Positions 7,660-19,246 of a stretch of 64,000 nucleotides of DNA are shown here, piece after piece; positions within the stretch are counted from its first letter, which is position 1, and each line of letters opens with the position of its first letter. This stretch comes from Nitrospirota bacterium. Its GTDB lineage: Bacteria > Nitrospirota > Nitrospiria > Nitrospirales > NS-4. The notes under the pieces are model-generated. The model ran no database searches. It was not told the origin of the DNA and saw nothing but the letters and a program-made list of their open reading frames with translations. The stretch covers positions 49,864-113,863 of the forward strand of contig CAWBGA010000008.1 of the NCBI GenBank assembly GCA_963788195.1. The letters are read 5' to 3'. Position numbers and translations under genes: made by a program.

Positions 7660-10066
7660 GGTTGTGAGCCGACACCGGCCGGTGAAAACCCTTGAGGTTT
7701 AGATCGCCAAGTGGTTCGGTACGGACGAGAGCTTCGACGAGTTGCAACAGACGACCGGACACAAGAATTTGGCCGTCCTTCGCCTCACTACAAAGCCGGG
7801 CTGCAAGGTTGGTGACGGGCCCGATCGCAGCATAGTCCTTCCGTTCTTCGAATCCGATGACTCCTAATGTGGCATACCCCGTTGCGCCGCCAAGTCCTAC
7901 GCCGAGATCGATCCCCCTCTTCCGCCATTGTACTTGCAATTCCGCAATACGATTTCGGATCGCGATTGCCATCCTTACTGCTTGTTCGGCATGGTTCGGA
8001 ACTGGGACGGGGTCATTGAAAAATACCATTATGGCATCGCCTGAGAACCTCTCCAATGTCCCGTTGTACTGGGCGATCAACGGTCCGATTTCAGTTTGGT
8101 ATTGCCGAAGCACTGTCATCAGGTCTTCCGGGTCTGCTGTATCAGAAAAAGCCGTGAATCCCCGAAGATCTACGAAAATCACTGTGATTTCTGTTCGATG
8201 ACCACTTAGAAAATCTTCACGTTCTCCTGAAATGATCATGTCAGCGAGATGGCGCGGCAGGAATCTCGCCATCTTGTCCTTCTGCAGCTCAGTAAGCTGC
8301 CGTTCCTGGGCGCGTACCCGGATAAGGCTCTTGACACGCGCCAGCAGCTCATTCTCATCGAACGGCTTCGCCAGATAATCATCGGCTCCGGCGTCAAGAC
8401 TTTCGACCCGTGCCTCCGTACCTGCCCGGGCAGTGATGAAAATCAACGGCGTCGAACGAAGGTCCTTCTCCTCGCGAACCGCCTTCAGCAGATCGGGACC
8501 GCTCATCCGAGGCATCATGACATCGGTAAGGATCAACTCCGGACGTAACGTTTTTGCCTGATCGAGCGCTTCCACTCCGTCCTTGGCCAGTACTACCCGA
8601 TAATCTATACTCAGCACGCGTTCCAAATAGCGGCGCATGTCGGCATTATCGTCGGCAACGAGTACCAACGGACGGGTATCGGACGGTGAGGGTGTCAAGA
8701 CCGTGCGTGACTCTTTTGCGCTCTCGGGGAAGACTGGAATCAACATGTCGTCCTGTTCAACCTCAGCAAGATTACCAGGCGTTATGGAGCCCCGGGGCAG
8801 CGTGACGGTAAAGATTGTGCCCTGGCCGACCTCGCTCTCGACCGTCACGGTCCCGCCGTGAAGCATGACAATTTCCTTTACCAGGGCTAACCCTATTCCA
8901 CTACCCTCATACCTCCGGGTGGCGCTTCCTTCGACCTGCGTGAAGCGGTCGAAAATCCGGTCCAACTGATCGCGGGGTATACCTATCCCATTGTCTTCAA
9001 TCTCAAGTTCCACTGAGTCCGGCTTAGCGTTCAGCCTTATCCAGACCTGGCAGAGATCGGGATCGCTGAATTTGAACGCGTTGGAGAGAAGGTTGTACAG
9101 GACTTTCTTCATCTGGACAGGGTCGACTTCAATCCCAATCGGCTCGGTCATTCCTTTCAGATGGACCCGGCTTTTTTGACTTGACTCGAAATTCGCAGCA
9201 ACACTTCGGACAAGGACGGCAAAGTCTATACAACGTTTGCTTAATTGGCGTCGGCCGCTGTCATATTTCGCAAGGTCCAACAGTTCATTAATGAGAATCA
9301 GCACACGCGAGGTGTTTCGTAAACCCGTCTGAATTGAGTCCCGGCACGCAGGCTCCGGAGCCACTTTCAGAAGCGATTTAAACGCTCCCAGGGTCAAGGT
9401 CAGAGGGGTCCGAAGCTCGTGACTTACATTAGCAAAGAACTCCCCCTTCAATCGGTCCAGCTCGAGGAGTTTGCTATTAGAGGTCTCCAGCTCTTGACGC
9501 GCTGCGCGCTCTGACACTCGCGCATCAAACTCAGCGCGTTGTAATCGCTCATAGAGGTAGACCGAGAAGAGCAGGGCAACGGACGTCCAGATTAGAAAGA
9601 AGGAATTTTCTATTGCTGCGTTCAGATCAGCAGGCGTGGTGGGTCTTATAAAGTTGACGCCATAGTAGCAAGCAAGCGTCACGCCTTGGGCGACCATATG
9701 GCTTCTCCAGGAGACGGGGACAATCACCGCAGCTGCGAGAAACACCAGATTTAGGCCGTTGTAGTACTGGGACGTGAATCCACCCAACAAGACGGTCATC
9801 TGGACAATGCAAAGGTTGCCGATGAGGATCCATGCCACCAACAACGCCTTGGGAGAAAGCCATTGACGCTTGAGGCACAAAAAACCGATCGCGAGCCCAA
9901 GTTCCAGCACCATTCGGATGATGAGAAGCTCTTGAAAATGCGTGCGATACAGAAGAGCGTCTGCTGCGAGGAAAACCGGATTCGCGATAAGTCCCAGATA
10001 GTACAAAACGTGGAGACGGTCTCTGGCAAACCCCTTCACGAAGCCTTCGTACGTCTGGTGGCTCAT
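7640..10066 (-). CDS. Membrane hybrid sensor: multi-TM domain, HisKA/HATPase, receiver, class III adenylate/guanylate cyclase
   Basis: ANVSHELRTPL H-box; NLLSNAFKF, DNGIG, GSGIGL; REC (VADDN, LTDVMMP, AKPF); cyclase (FVDLRGFT, FSGDA, DYAAIG..NLAARL). The ATG overlaps the upstream stop (ATGA). Confidence 0.9.
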   Translation of the reverse strand: MSHQTYEGFVKGFARDRLHVLYYLGLIANPVFLAADALLYRTHFQELLIIRMVLELGLAIGFLCLKRQWLSPKALLVAWILIGNLCIVQMTVLLGGFTSQYYNGLNLVFLAAAVIVPVSWRSHMVAQGVTLACYYGVNFIRPTTPADLNAAIENSFFLIWTSVALLFSVYLYERLQRAEFDARVSERAARQELETSNSKLLELDRLKGEFFANVSHELRTPLTLTLGAFKSLLKVAPEPACRDSIQTGLRNTSRVLILINELLDLAKYDSGRRQLSKRCIDFAVLVRSVAANFESSQKSRVHLKGMTEPIGIEVDPVQMKKVLYNLLSNAFKFSDPDLCQVWIRLNAKPDSVELEIEDNGIGIPRDQLDRIFDRFTQVEGSATRRYEGSGIGLALVKEIVMLHGGTVTVESEVGQGTIFTVTLPRGSITPGNLAEVEQDDMLIPVFPESAKESRTVLTPSPSDTRPLVLVADDNADMRRYLERVLSIDYRVVLAKDGVEALDQAKTLRPELILTDVMMPRMSGPDLLKAVREEKDLRSTPLIFITARAGTEARVESLDAGADDYLAKPFDENELLARVKSLIRVRAQERQLTELQKDKMARFLPRHLADMIISGEREDFLSGHRTEITVIFVDLRGFTAFSDTADPEDLMTVLRQYQTEIGPLIAQYNGTLERFSGDAIMVFFNDPVPVPNHAEQAVRMAIAIRNRIAELQVQWRKRGIDLGVGLGGATGYATLGVIGFEERKDYAAIGPVTNLAARLCSEAKDGQILVSGRLLQLVEALVRTEPLGDLNLKGFHRPVSAHNLREMSG

Positions 10067-11274
10067 GCCCGCACATAGATGGGGTTGGCAAAAATCCAGG
10101 GCCGCCACCGGTCCACCACCCTGAGGGACACTTCGACTCGGTACACTCCGGGGCGGTCGACGCCGTGCCGCAAAAGCCTTCCATGCTCACGGCGGATCGG
10201 GACCCCATCACGCAGGAGGATGATCGCCGCAGGGATCGGACTTTGCACTTCGAGGACCAGCCCAGGTTCCATTTTGAGCGCCTCCCCCATAAGAGCTCTT
10301 TGCGCACCGGTCGAAATTTGACGGGCTCTGAACTGAAATCCGCTGGCGTCTGCCAATAAACCGAATGAGGCGAAGCACCGCCCCTCCCGGATGCCTGCGA
10401 TGATGTTGTCTTCCGTCAATGAGGCCGCAAGCACGTGCATGTTTAACGTCCGGAAGATCAAATCATACCGGTCGATTTGGCGACCGAAAGCCCTGAGGTT
10501 TTGATGGGCGTCATTGCCGACAATGCCGACCACCCGTCGGTTCCTGGTCAACGAGTCCCACTGGACCAGCGGCCAGTTCATCCTTTCCACCAGCGGTAAC
10601 ATAAATTCTTCCGGATATTCGGCAGCGAACAGTGCAAATTCCAACAATATCCGCGGCGCATCGATGATTTTCTCCCGCAGCGCGTCGGCGATGTCATAAA
10701 TCTCCATGCCGTCTGCCGCCTGAAAATACTCGAGATTCGGCAAACCACGTGGGTGCGCAATGACAGAGAGTCCACCTTGCGCTCGCACGGTTGCAAACAA
10801 CTTCTCAAAATCCCAGGCATTCCCCTCGTCCGGGACAATAGAGTCTCGGAAACCGAACACCAAGACCGACCCGCACCGCCGTGTGACACCTGCCGCCTCC
10901 GTACATCCGGCCGCAATTTCCACCCCACGAATCACGAGTACTGAGTCGTGAAGACCCTGGATGCCCTCGCTATAGATCTTAGGCGTGTAATGATCAGTCG
11001 TGATCAGAAACTGGAGCCGAGCCGCGCGCGAAGCCTCGAGGATCTGCGCGGTCGTGCCGTGACTGTCATCCGAGAGACCGGTATGGGCGTGAATAACACC
11101 CCGGAATTCCTGCAATCCCTCAAGCGGAGAGAGCACCATTCGTTGTCGACGCAGCTCGGCGAGGGCCTCTCGAACTGTCTGGAGCGATGACGTGGGGGTG
11201 TAAGCGAAGGCAGCCCACAGTGAACTGATACCAAGCGCCATTGCGGCCTGGAGCAGTCGGCGTCGGGTCCACAC
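10063..11274 (-). CDS. Tat-exported PHP-fold metallohydrolase
   Basis: TRRRLL Tat signal; GVIHAHT, TDH, IAHP and GNDAH metal motifs. Confidence 0.75.
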   Translation of the reverse strand: MWTRRRLLQAAMALGISSLWAAFAYTPTSSLQTVREALAELRRQRMVLSPLEGLQEFRGVIHAHTGLSDDSHGTTAQILEASRAARLQFLITTDHYTPKIYSEGIQGLHDSVLVIRGVEIAAGCTEAAGVTRRCGSVLVFGFRDSIVPDEGNAWDFEKLFATVRAQGGLSVIAHPRGLPNLEYFQAADGMEIYDIADALREKIIDAPRILLEFALFAAEYPEEFMLPLVERMNWPLVQWDSLTRNRRVVGIVGNDAHQNLRAFGRQIDRYDLIFRTLNMHVLAASLTEDNIIAGIREGRCFASFGLLADASGFQFRARQISTGAQRALMGEALKMEPGLVLEVQSPIPAAIILLRDGVPIRREHGRLLRHGVDRPGVYRVEVSLRVVDRWRPWIFANPIYVRA

Positions 11275-11368
11275 GGAGGCAAACCTTAACAGATCGGCAT
11301 CATGCCTTCAACGTCTCTGCAGCTAACTTTCTGCCACTTGTCACGGGCATTGCTGATAAAATGCCTGA

Positions 11369-11710
11369 ATGGCTTCCCCCTCGGTATCAGCCACAGAGAT
11401 TCGCGCTTCATTGGAAGCGGTCTTTCGCGAGCGCATCGCCATTTTTTACCGCGCCTTACAGGTGACGCCGCCCTATCACAGCGTGGAAAAGGCCATTCTT
11501 GCCCTGCGGGAGGGAATGTCGGCACTAGAGTTACCAGCTTTACAGAGACTCTGGGTCGATGAAGCATCCCTCGGCGCGCTGTTCGCACGCATCGTGCGTG
11601 ACTCAGGCTTGGCACAGAAGCACAGGGGAATCATTCAGGGCTTACTGCGGAATCGTCAGATTGAGCTTCCGCAGGAATGCCGGTCTTTTGAAGACGCATA
11701 CCGAAGTTAA
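11369..11710 (+). CDS. Hypothetical protein
   Basis: 113-aa ORF filling the gap; extended -10 (TGaTAAAAT) 6 nt before the ATG. Confidence 0.65.
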   Translation: MASPSVSATEIRASLEAVFRERIAIFYRALQVTPPYHSVEKAILALREGMSALELPALQRLWVDEASLGALFARIVRDSGLAQKHRGIIQGLLRNRQIELPQECRSFEDAYRS

Positions 11711-11718
11711 ATGGTTGG

Positions 11719-12321
11719 TTACTCGATGTGAGGAGCGCCCAACGCGGAGCGCAGCTCATCGTATACCACCATCAGCCGCTTATCTTCCAGCCAATAGGCG
11801 GCGACCACCACAAGAAGTCCAAACAGGAAGACAAGCAATCCTAGACCACCTAGCGCGGCGGCAAGCAATGCGCCAGATGCCGACGCAAACCCGCCGGCTT
11901 GAGCATAGGAAACGAGATAGGCGATCAAGCCTCCGGCTACTGTGAGAAACCACAGGAAGGTCAGAATCGCCGAGGACCAGGGTATACGCTTGACCAATTG
12001 AATCTCAGCGTTGTCTTTAAGACTGTCGTAATAGACTACGCCGTTCAGCGGCCAGGCTGTTCGGAAGCCGATCCCAAATCGTTTCAATTCAGGCAGGAGC
12101 ATGATGGCATGATGTTCGGGGTACTGCTGGGCCACGCCATGGCCTAAGAGAAGACGCCCATCGGTCCCAAAGTCGCAAGGAGTAAGTCGAAGACAATCTT
12201 GCTGGCGGGCGATCGCGAGCCCGTAGCCAAGAGCGGTATGGCTGACGCGAGTAAATGCGCGCCAGTCTGCAATCACGAACCCAACAATGATCACCGCTCC
12301 CAAGAGAACGACGGCCTGCAT
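11719..12321 (-). CDS. Hypothetical membrane protein (about 3 TM)
   Basis: Hydrophobic segments; extended -10 (TGgTAGCAT) 6 nt before the ATG. Confidence 0.7.
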   Translation of the reverse strand: MQAVVLLGAVIIVGFVIADWRAFTRVSHTALGYGLAIARQQDCLRLTPCDFGTDGRLLLGHGVAQQYPEHHAIMLLPELKRFGIGFRTAWPLNGVVYYDSLKDNAEIQLVKRIPWSSAILTFLWFLTVAGGLIAYLVSYAQAGGFASASGALLAAALGGLGLLVFLFGLLVVVAAYWLEDKRLMVVYDELRSALGAPHIE

Positions 12322-12356
12322 GATGCGATGCTACCATAACCGCTCGGAAGCATCTC

Positions 12357-12585
12357 ACCCACCCTGCCCTGAAATCATTTCGACCCCTTGCAAGTGAGGG
12401 CAAGGGGTGCCCCGGACAGATTTCTTTACCCTAGGCACCCCGCCATTACACTCAACCCGCCCCCGAGCACGCCAAGACGCGCTCTTTCTCCCGTGACACC
12501 CGCCCTGCCCCTAGCGCGCCAAGACGCGCTCTTTCTCCCATGGCCTGGAGTTATTTCGACGCCTTGCAAATGAAGGTAAGGGCCC
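12357..12585 (+). repeat. Mosaic cluster of the GCCRRGAC-loop hairpin repeat family
   Basis: GCCAAGACGCGCTCTTTCTCCC at 12471 and 12518; GGACAGATTTCTTT at 12414; ATTTCGACnCCTTGCAA module at 12377 and 12553. Confidence 0.85.
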
Positions 12586-12636
12586 CCATGGAGAGACCGC
12601 CCCGCACGCCTAAGAAATGTTAACTCTTTTGAAATC

Positions 12637-12666
12637 TTGACAAATATTAGCGCCCTTCGTTAGAGT
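12637..12666 (+). promoter_or_regulatory. Sigma70-like promoter of the methyltransferase gene
   Basis: TTGACA-18 nt-TAGAGT. Confidence 0.55.
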
Positions 12667-12788
12667 TGCGTCTGTTTGTCTCACGGAACGTCCACGCGAG
12701 CCGCGAGTCCCTGCCACACGGAAGCGTCGGCCTAATAGAACAGATCGGGCTAAACTCGTGGAATTTAGACCTATGGGTATGAGGCTCC

Positions 12789-13463
12789 ATGGACGCAGCT
12801 AAAGTTGAACGAGTCTATTCTAGCTACGCGAAGGTATACGACCATATTTTCGGCAAGATTTTCCATGACGGGCGGGAACACGCCGTCCGTCATTTGGATC
12901 TGTCCCCTGGTGATCGGATTCTGGAAGTCGGAGTCGGGACTGGCTTAGCGCTGCCCTTCTATCCGCGTTCCTGCGAGATCGTAGGGATTGACCTGTCAGA
13001 CGGCATGTTAGACAAGTGCAGGGAACGACTTGAGTTGTACCGGCTGAGGCATGTCAAGGTGATGCGGATGGACGCCGGGGCCATGGAATTTGCGGACGAC
13101 AGTTTTGACGCCGTCATGGCGGCCTATGTTGTTACTGCGGTACCGGATTATCGGAAGGTCATGCTGGAGATGATCAGGGTATGCAAGCCGGGTGGACGAA
13201 TCATCCTTTTGAACCACTTCAGCAATGGCAATCCAGTGATCGCCGCGATCGAGAAAGTGATCTCCCCCCTCTGCAAGCAACTCGGCTGGAGAACCGATCT
13301 TTCCCTGGCATCAGTGCTCGACGGCACACGTTTAATGGTCGTCCATAAGCAAAAGGTCAACCCATTCCGGATATGGCATCTGGTAAAGTGCGTGAATCAT
13401 AAGCCTATGAACGGAAACGGCCAGTCGTTCGCCTCAAAAAGCTTTGATTTGACTCATTCTTAG
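12789..13463 (+). CDS. Class I SAM methyltransferase, phosphatidylethanolamine N-methyltransferase (PmtA)-like
   Basis: YAKVYDHIFG, ILEVGVGTGL, GIDLS..ML, FADDSFD, RVCKPGG, LNHF. Confidence 0.8.
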   Translation: MDAAKVERVYSSYAKVYDHIFGKIFHDGREHAVRHLDLSPGDRILEVGVGTGLALPFYPRSCEIVGIDLSDGMLDKCRERLELYRLRHVKVMRMDAGAMEFADDSFDAVMAAYVVTAVPDYRKVMLEMIRVCKPGGRIILLNHFSNGNPVIAAIEKVISPLCKQLGWRTDLSLASVLDGTRLMVVHKQKVNPFRIWHLVKCVNHKPMNGNGQSFASKSFDLTHS

Positions 13464-13597
13464 ATTTCCCGTATATTGCAGGTCGCTTACCGGTTCGTCC
13501 TCAGGATTTCCTGCCAGGGTAGTATCCGGTTCCAACAAAAGAAACTTATAACCTGATCCGTACAGTCGAAAGGCCTGTATATGCACAAGGAGACACA

Positions 13598-14182
13598 ATG
13601 GTAATAGAACTGTCGCGAAATTGGATTTCTTATCACACAGACGCACTCGTCAATGCGCGCACGATGCCGAGCTGGGAAGCTGCCGACTACTTGACACAAT
13701 ACCTGTTCGAAGATTCTCCGAATACCAAGCTGCTTGAGGCCAAGGCACCCTATGAGGAGATCGCCCAGTTCCTGCAGCGAATCTATGGGCCAATCGTAGA
13801 AGCGGCTACTCGGCAAGTCCCGACCGAGGCGTCTTCACGGATCCAGATCTATACTGATATCAGTCTGATGAGCGATTCCACGGTGTTGATCGTCTCCGTC
13901 TCGGACGAAGTGAAGGAATCGCAGTTACTCATGCTGGATACAATCCGTCCCTGGGACCTCGTTTTTCCTAATGCCGATGCGTTCAATGAATGGGCTGAAA
14001 CGCGCTATCAACAGGTTCTTGTGGCGCTATCCCGTGAGCCACTTGCCGCCAGGGGAACAGGGTCGGTCGGGGTACCCATTGCTCCGCAACTGCAATGGGT
14101 CAATGACCCAGGGTGGGCGGTGAAATGGCTGGCGACAGAAAGTGATTCAGACGCAGAGCCAGTGCGCGCGGCGCGCCTGTAG
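13598..14182 (+). CDS. Hypothetical protein
   Basis: AAGGAG RBS, 194-aa ORF. Confidence 0.7.
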   Translation: MVIELSRNWISYHTDALVNARTMPSWEAADYLTQYLFEDSPNTKLLEAKAPYEEIAQFLQRIYGPIVEAATRQVPTEASSRIQIYTDISLMSDSTVLIVSVSDEVKESQLLMLDTIRPWDLVFPNADAFNEWAETRYQQVLVALSREPLAARGTGSVGVPIAPQLQWVNDPGWAVKWLATESDSDAEPVRAARL

Positions 14183-14192
14183 CAGGCAGGGA

Positions 14193-14618
14193 TTAGCGCC
14201 CGCGCTGTTTGGCGCGCGCGGCGATTTTCGCGCGCAGGCGGGCTTTCTCGAGGCTGATTTGGGCTTCCTTGAGATCGGACGGCAACCCGCCCACTTCAAG
14301 GCGGCGCTGCGCCTTTTCCACTTCGGCCTGCGCCCGTTCCACGTCGATGTCTTCGGCCTTTTCCGCAACGTCGGCTAGGATCGTCACCCTTTGAGGCGTA
14401 ACTTCGGCAAATCCCGAGAGCACGGATATGTAATTGTAGTTCGTCATGCCGCTAACCCGGTAGCGGAGTTCGCCGATCCTGAGCAGCGAAAGAAAGTGGC
14501 AGTGCCCCGGTAGAACCCCAAAGTCACCCTCGCTGCCAGGCGCAATGACTTCCTCCACCTCCTGGCTCAGAAGGAGTTTTTCCGGAGTCACGACTTCCAG
14601 TAACAACTTGCCGGCCAT
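14193..14618 (-). CDS. atpC: F1 ATP synthase epsilon subunit
   Basis: LEVVTPE, GDFGVLPGH, GFAEV, ILADVAE. Confidence 0.97.
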   Translation of the reverse strand: MAGKLLLEVVTPEKLLLSQEVEEVIAPGSEGDFGVLPGHCHFLSLLRIGELRYRVSGMTNYNYISVLSGFAEVTPQRVTILADVAEKAEDIDVERAQAEVEKAQRRLEVGGLPSDLKEAQISLEKARLRAKIAARAKQRGR

Positions 14619-14629
14619 ATCGCGCCCGC

Positions 14630-16111
<1,482 letters not shown>

Positions 16112-16982
16112 TTATTTCAATGCTTCGGCTCCGCCCACAATGTCCATCAGTTCCTTGGTGATTGCAGCTTGTCGCGTCTTGTTGTAATAGAGGGTCTGTT
16201 TCTTGATCAGCTCGCCGGCGTTTTTGACCGCTCCATCCATGGCGGTCATCCTCGCCGCCTGCTCGGCGGCAAAAGATTCAAGCAGGACACGGTAGATGAG
16301 AATGTACATGAGCTGCGGCAACATATTTAAGAACTCCATCTCGCTCGGCTCATACAGATAGCCGCCCCCGTCAACCGGGCTCGGGGCCGCCTCGGCGGGG
16401 GCGAGTTCAAGCGGCAGCGATAGTCTCACAACGAGCTCCTGCTGCATGACGGATTTAAATTGATTGTAGACCGTATAGAGCTCATCGAAACTTCCCTTTG
16501 TATACTCCTCGATCAAGTCCTGTCCGATGTCCTTCGCATGTTCAAATGTCAGGCGATCAAACACGCCCGGCCATTGCCGGAAGATCGGCCACTGCCGTCG
16601 CTTGAAGAAGTCGATGCCCTTTGCGGCCGACGATCGCGACGCTCACCCGTGCTCCACGGGCTTCATGCTCTCGTATGATTGTGACCGCCTTGCGCAGCAC
16701 GTTGGCATTGAACCCCCCGCAGAGCCCGCGATCGCTTGTCACCACCGCAACGACGACTTTGTTACCCGGACGCTTTGCAAACAAGGGATGCGCCGCTCGA
16801 TCCATCCGCTGGCTCACACGATCCAGCAACGCTCTGACTCTCACCGCGTACGGACGCGCCGCGAGAATGCGCTCCTGCGCGCGCCTGAGCTTCGACGCGG
16901 CCACCATCTTCATGGCTTTCGTAATCTTCTGGGTATTCTTTACAGAGCCGATCTTCCGCCGTAGTGCTTGGAGACTTGCCAT
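16112..16982 (-). CDS. atpG: F1 ATP synthase gamma subunit, split by a +1 frameshift near 16620
   Basis: KITKAMKMVAASK and SDRGLCGGFN in the 5' ORF; EQAARMTAM and RQAAITKEL in the 3' ORF. Extra base in AAAGGG. Confidence 0.95.
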
Positions 16983-17000
16983 GGTCGAATGCGGCCGGCG

Positions 17001-18524
17001 CTAGCTCTTGGCCTCGAAGCCCATTTGTTTTTTGAACGTACCGATGATCTGTGTCAACTCAACGACTAGCGCATCGTCAATCTTCGGCTTGGTCGTCAGT
17101 GCCGTCTTGAGTTCCGGGTGATGCTTTGCGACGTATCCCAAGAGTTCGTCTTCGAACTCCCTGACCCTGCTGACCGCGACATCATCCAGGAACCCGTTCA
17201 CGCCGGCGAAGATCGACACCACCTGGTCCGCAACCGGCATGGGTTTGTACTGGCCCTGCTTGAGCAACTCCACCATGCGGACACCCCGATTCAACTGGGC
17301 CTGCGTCGCCTTGTCGAGGTCGCTGCCGAATTGCGCGAATGCCGCCATCTCGCGGTATTGCGCCAAGTCCAATCGCAACGTTCCCGCAACCTGCTTCATC
17401 GTCTTGATCTGCGCGGACCCACCGACGCGGGAGACGGACAGGCCGACGTTGATCGCGGGCCGGACGCCCGAATAGAACAGGTCGCTCGCCAGGTAAATCT
17501 GACCGTCGGTGATGGAGATGACATTCGTGGGGATATAGGCCGAGACGTCGCCCGCTTGCGTTTCAATGATCGGCAGCGCCGTCAAACTGCCTCCGCCCAG
17601 CTTGTCGCTGAGCTTGGCCGCGCGCTCCAGCAGGCGAGAGTGGAGATAGAACACGTCGCCGGGATAGGCTTCGCGGCCCGGCGGGCGCCGGAGCAGGAGC
17701 GAGAGCTCCCGGTACGCCGTCGCGTGCTTCGAGAGGTCATCATAGATGATCAGAGCATGCCGGCCGCTGTCGCGGAAGTACTCGCCTATGGCCGCGCCGG
17801 AAAAAGGCGCGAGATACTGCATCGAGGCCGGGTCGCTCGCCGTGGCCGACACCACGATGCTGTATTCCATCGCGCCGTGCTCTTCCAAGGTTTTTACGAC
17901 ACGGGCCACCGTGGACCGCTTCTGCCCGATCGCCACATAGATGCAGAAGACATTCAGCCCCTTCTGGTTGATGATCGTGTCCACCGCGATCGCCGTCTTG
18001 CCGGTTTGACGATCGCCGATGATCAATTCGCGCTGTCCCCGTCCGATGGGAATCATGGCATCGATGGACTTGATTCCGGTCTGCAAGGGCTCCTTCACAG
18101 ATTGCCGGTCAATGACGCCGGGCGCGCGCACTTCGAGGAGCCGAGATTCGGTTGCCTTGATCGGACCCTTGCCGTCCAGCGGGATCCCCAGCGCATCCAC
18201 GACCCGGCCGACGACCGCATCGCCTACGGGAACCTCTGCGATGCGACCCGTCAGTTTTACCGGATCGCCCTCCTTGATGCCGGTATCTCCGCCGCCCATG
18301 AGTATGGCGCCGACGTTATCTTCTTCGAGATTGAGCACGATGCCATAGACATTGTTAGGGAATTCGAGCAGTTCTCCAGCCATGGCGTTCTCCAGGCCGT
18401 AGATCTTGGCAATGTTGTCGCCGACCTGAAGGACGGAGCCCACTTCTGCGACGTTTACCTGCTTGTCGAAGCCTTCGATCTGCCGACGAATGATTGAGCT
18501 GACCTCTTCCGCTTTGATCTGCAT
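17001..18524 (-). CDS. atpA: F1 ATP synthase alpha subunit
   Basis: [30 protein letters not shown]. Confidence 0.99.
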   Translation of the reverse strand: MQIKAEEVSSIIRRQIEGFDKQVNVAEVGSVLQVGDNIAKIYGLENAMAGELLEFPNNVYGIVLNLEEDNVGAILMGGGDTGIKEGDPVKLTGRIAEVPVGDAVVGRVVDALGIPLDGKGPIKATESRLLEVRAPGVIDRQSVKEPLQTGIKSIDAMIPIGRGQRELIIGDRQTGKTAIAVDTIINQKGLNVFCIYVAIGQKRSTVARVVKTLEEHGAMEYSIVVSATASDPASMQYLAPFSGAAIGEYFRDSGRHALIIYDDLSKHATAYRELSLLLRRPPGREAYPGDVFYLHSRLLERAAKLSDKLGGGSLTALPIIETQAGDVSAYIPTNVISITDGQIYLASDLFYSGVRPAINVGLSVSRVGGSAQIKTMKQVAGTLRLDLAQYREMAAFAQFGSDLDKATQAQLNRGVRMVELLKQGQYKPMPVADQVVSIFAGVNGFLDDVAVSRVREFEDELLGYVAKHHPELKTALTTKPKIDDALVVELTQIIGTFKKQMGFEAKS

Positions 18525-18536
18525 TCTTGTCTACTC

Positions 18537-19079
18537 CTAGATCTTTTTGCGCAATGCCATCCGCATCCGCTCGAACTGTCCTCGGATGGTCCCGTCGTAA
18601 ACCGTGCTGCCGATCCGAATCTCTAAGCCCCCGAGCAAACGGGGATCGACCGCAGTTGTAAGATCGATCGCACTTTTCGTTACCTGTTCGAGCCGTCCCT
18701 GAATTGCCGTCCGGTTTTCTTCAGAGAGAGCCCGCGCAGAGGATAATTTGACGGCCGTGCGGTTCGAGGTTTGGTCCGCCATCCTCGCGAAGGCATCGCT
18801 GATCTCGACGAGGAGCGCAATTCGGTTCTTCCGCACCACATGCGCGAGAAAATGTTCAATGGTGGGCGGTGCAGCAGCGACGGAACCCAGTTCGCGCATC
18901 ACCGCAGCCTTCTTGTCTCGACTGATAATCGGATTTTGCAGCAGACCTCGAAGCTCTCGAGACGTGGCCACTGTCTCGGCCAACACCGCCAGGGAGTCCG
19001 CTGCGGGTCGGATATCGGATGGCGTTAAGAGATTAAAGAGGGCTTTTGCGTATCGTCGTGCAATTGCTGTCTGAATCAC
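18537..19079 (-). CDS. atpH: F1 ATP synthase delta subunit
   Basis: IARRYAKALF, VDPRLLGG..IRIG..VYDG. Confidence 0.95.
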   Translation of the reverse strand: MIQTAIARRYAKALFNLLTPSDIRPAADSLAVLAETVATSRELRGLLQNPIISRDKKAAVMRELGSVAAAPPTIEHFLAHVVRKNRIALLVEISDAFARMADQTSNRTAVKLSSARALSEENRTAIQGRLEQVTKSAIDLTTAVDPRLLGGLEIRIGSTVYDGTIRGQFERMRMALRKKI

Positions 19080-19137
19080 AATCGTCGCCTTGCAGAGGGT
19101 GGTAACGAACTCCGGTAGGCTCTCTCAAGAGGGGCGG

Positions 19138-19167
19138 AACCTATCACGAAAAAGACAATTCTGTCAA
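19138..19167 (-). promoter_or_regulatory. Sigma70-like promoter of atpHAGDC
   Basis: Minus strand TTGACA-18 nt-TAGGTT with an extended TG. Confidence 0.6.
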
Positions 19168-19246
19168 GAAGTTCGCCTATTTCGTGCGAATGATAATCTG
19201 TTCCGCCCAGGAGGGGGAAGGGTGGCAGGTGACGACGATACCAGGG

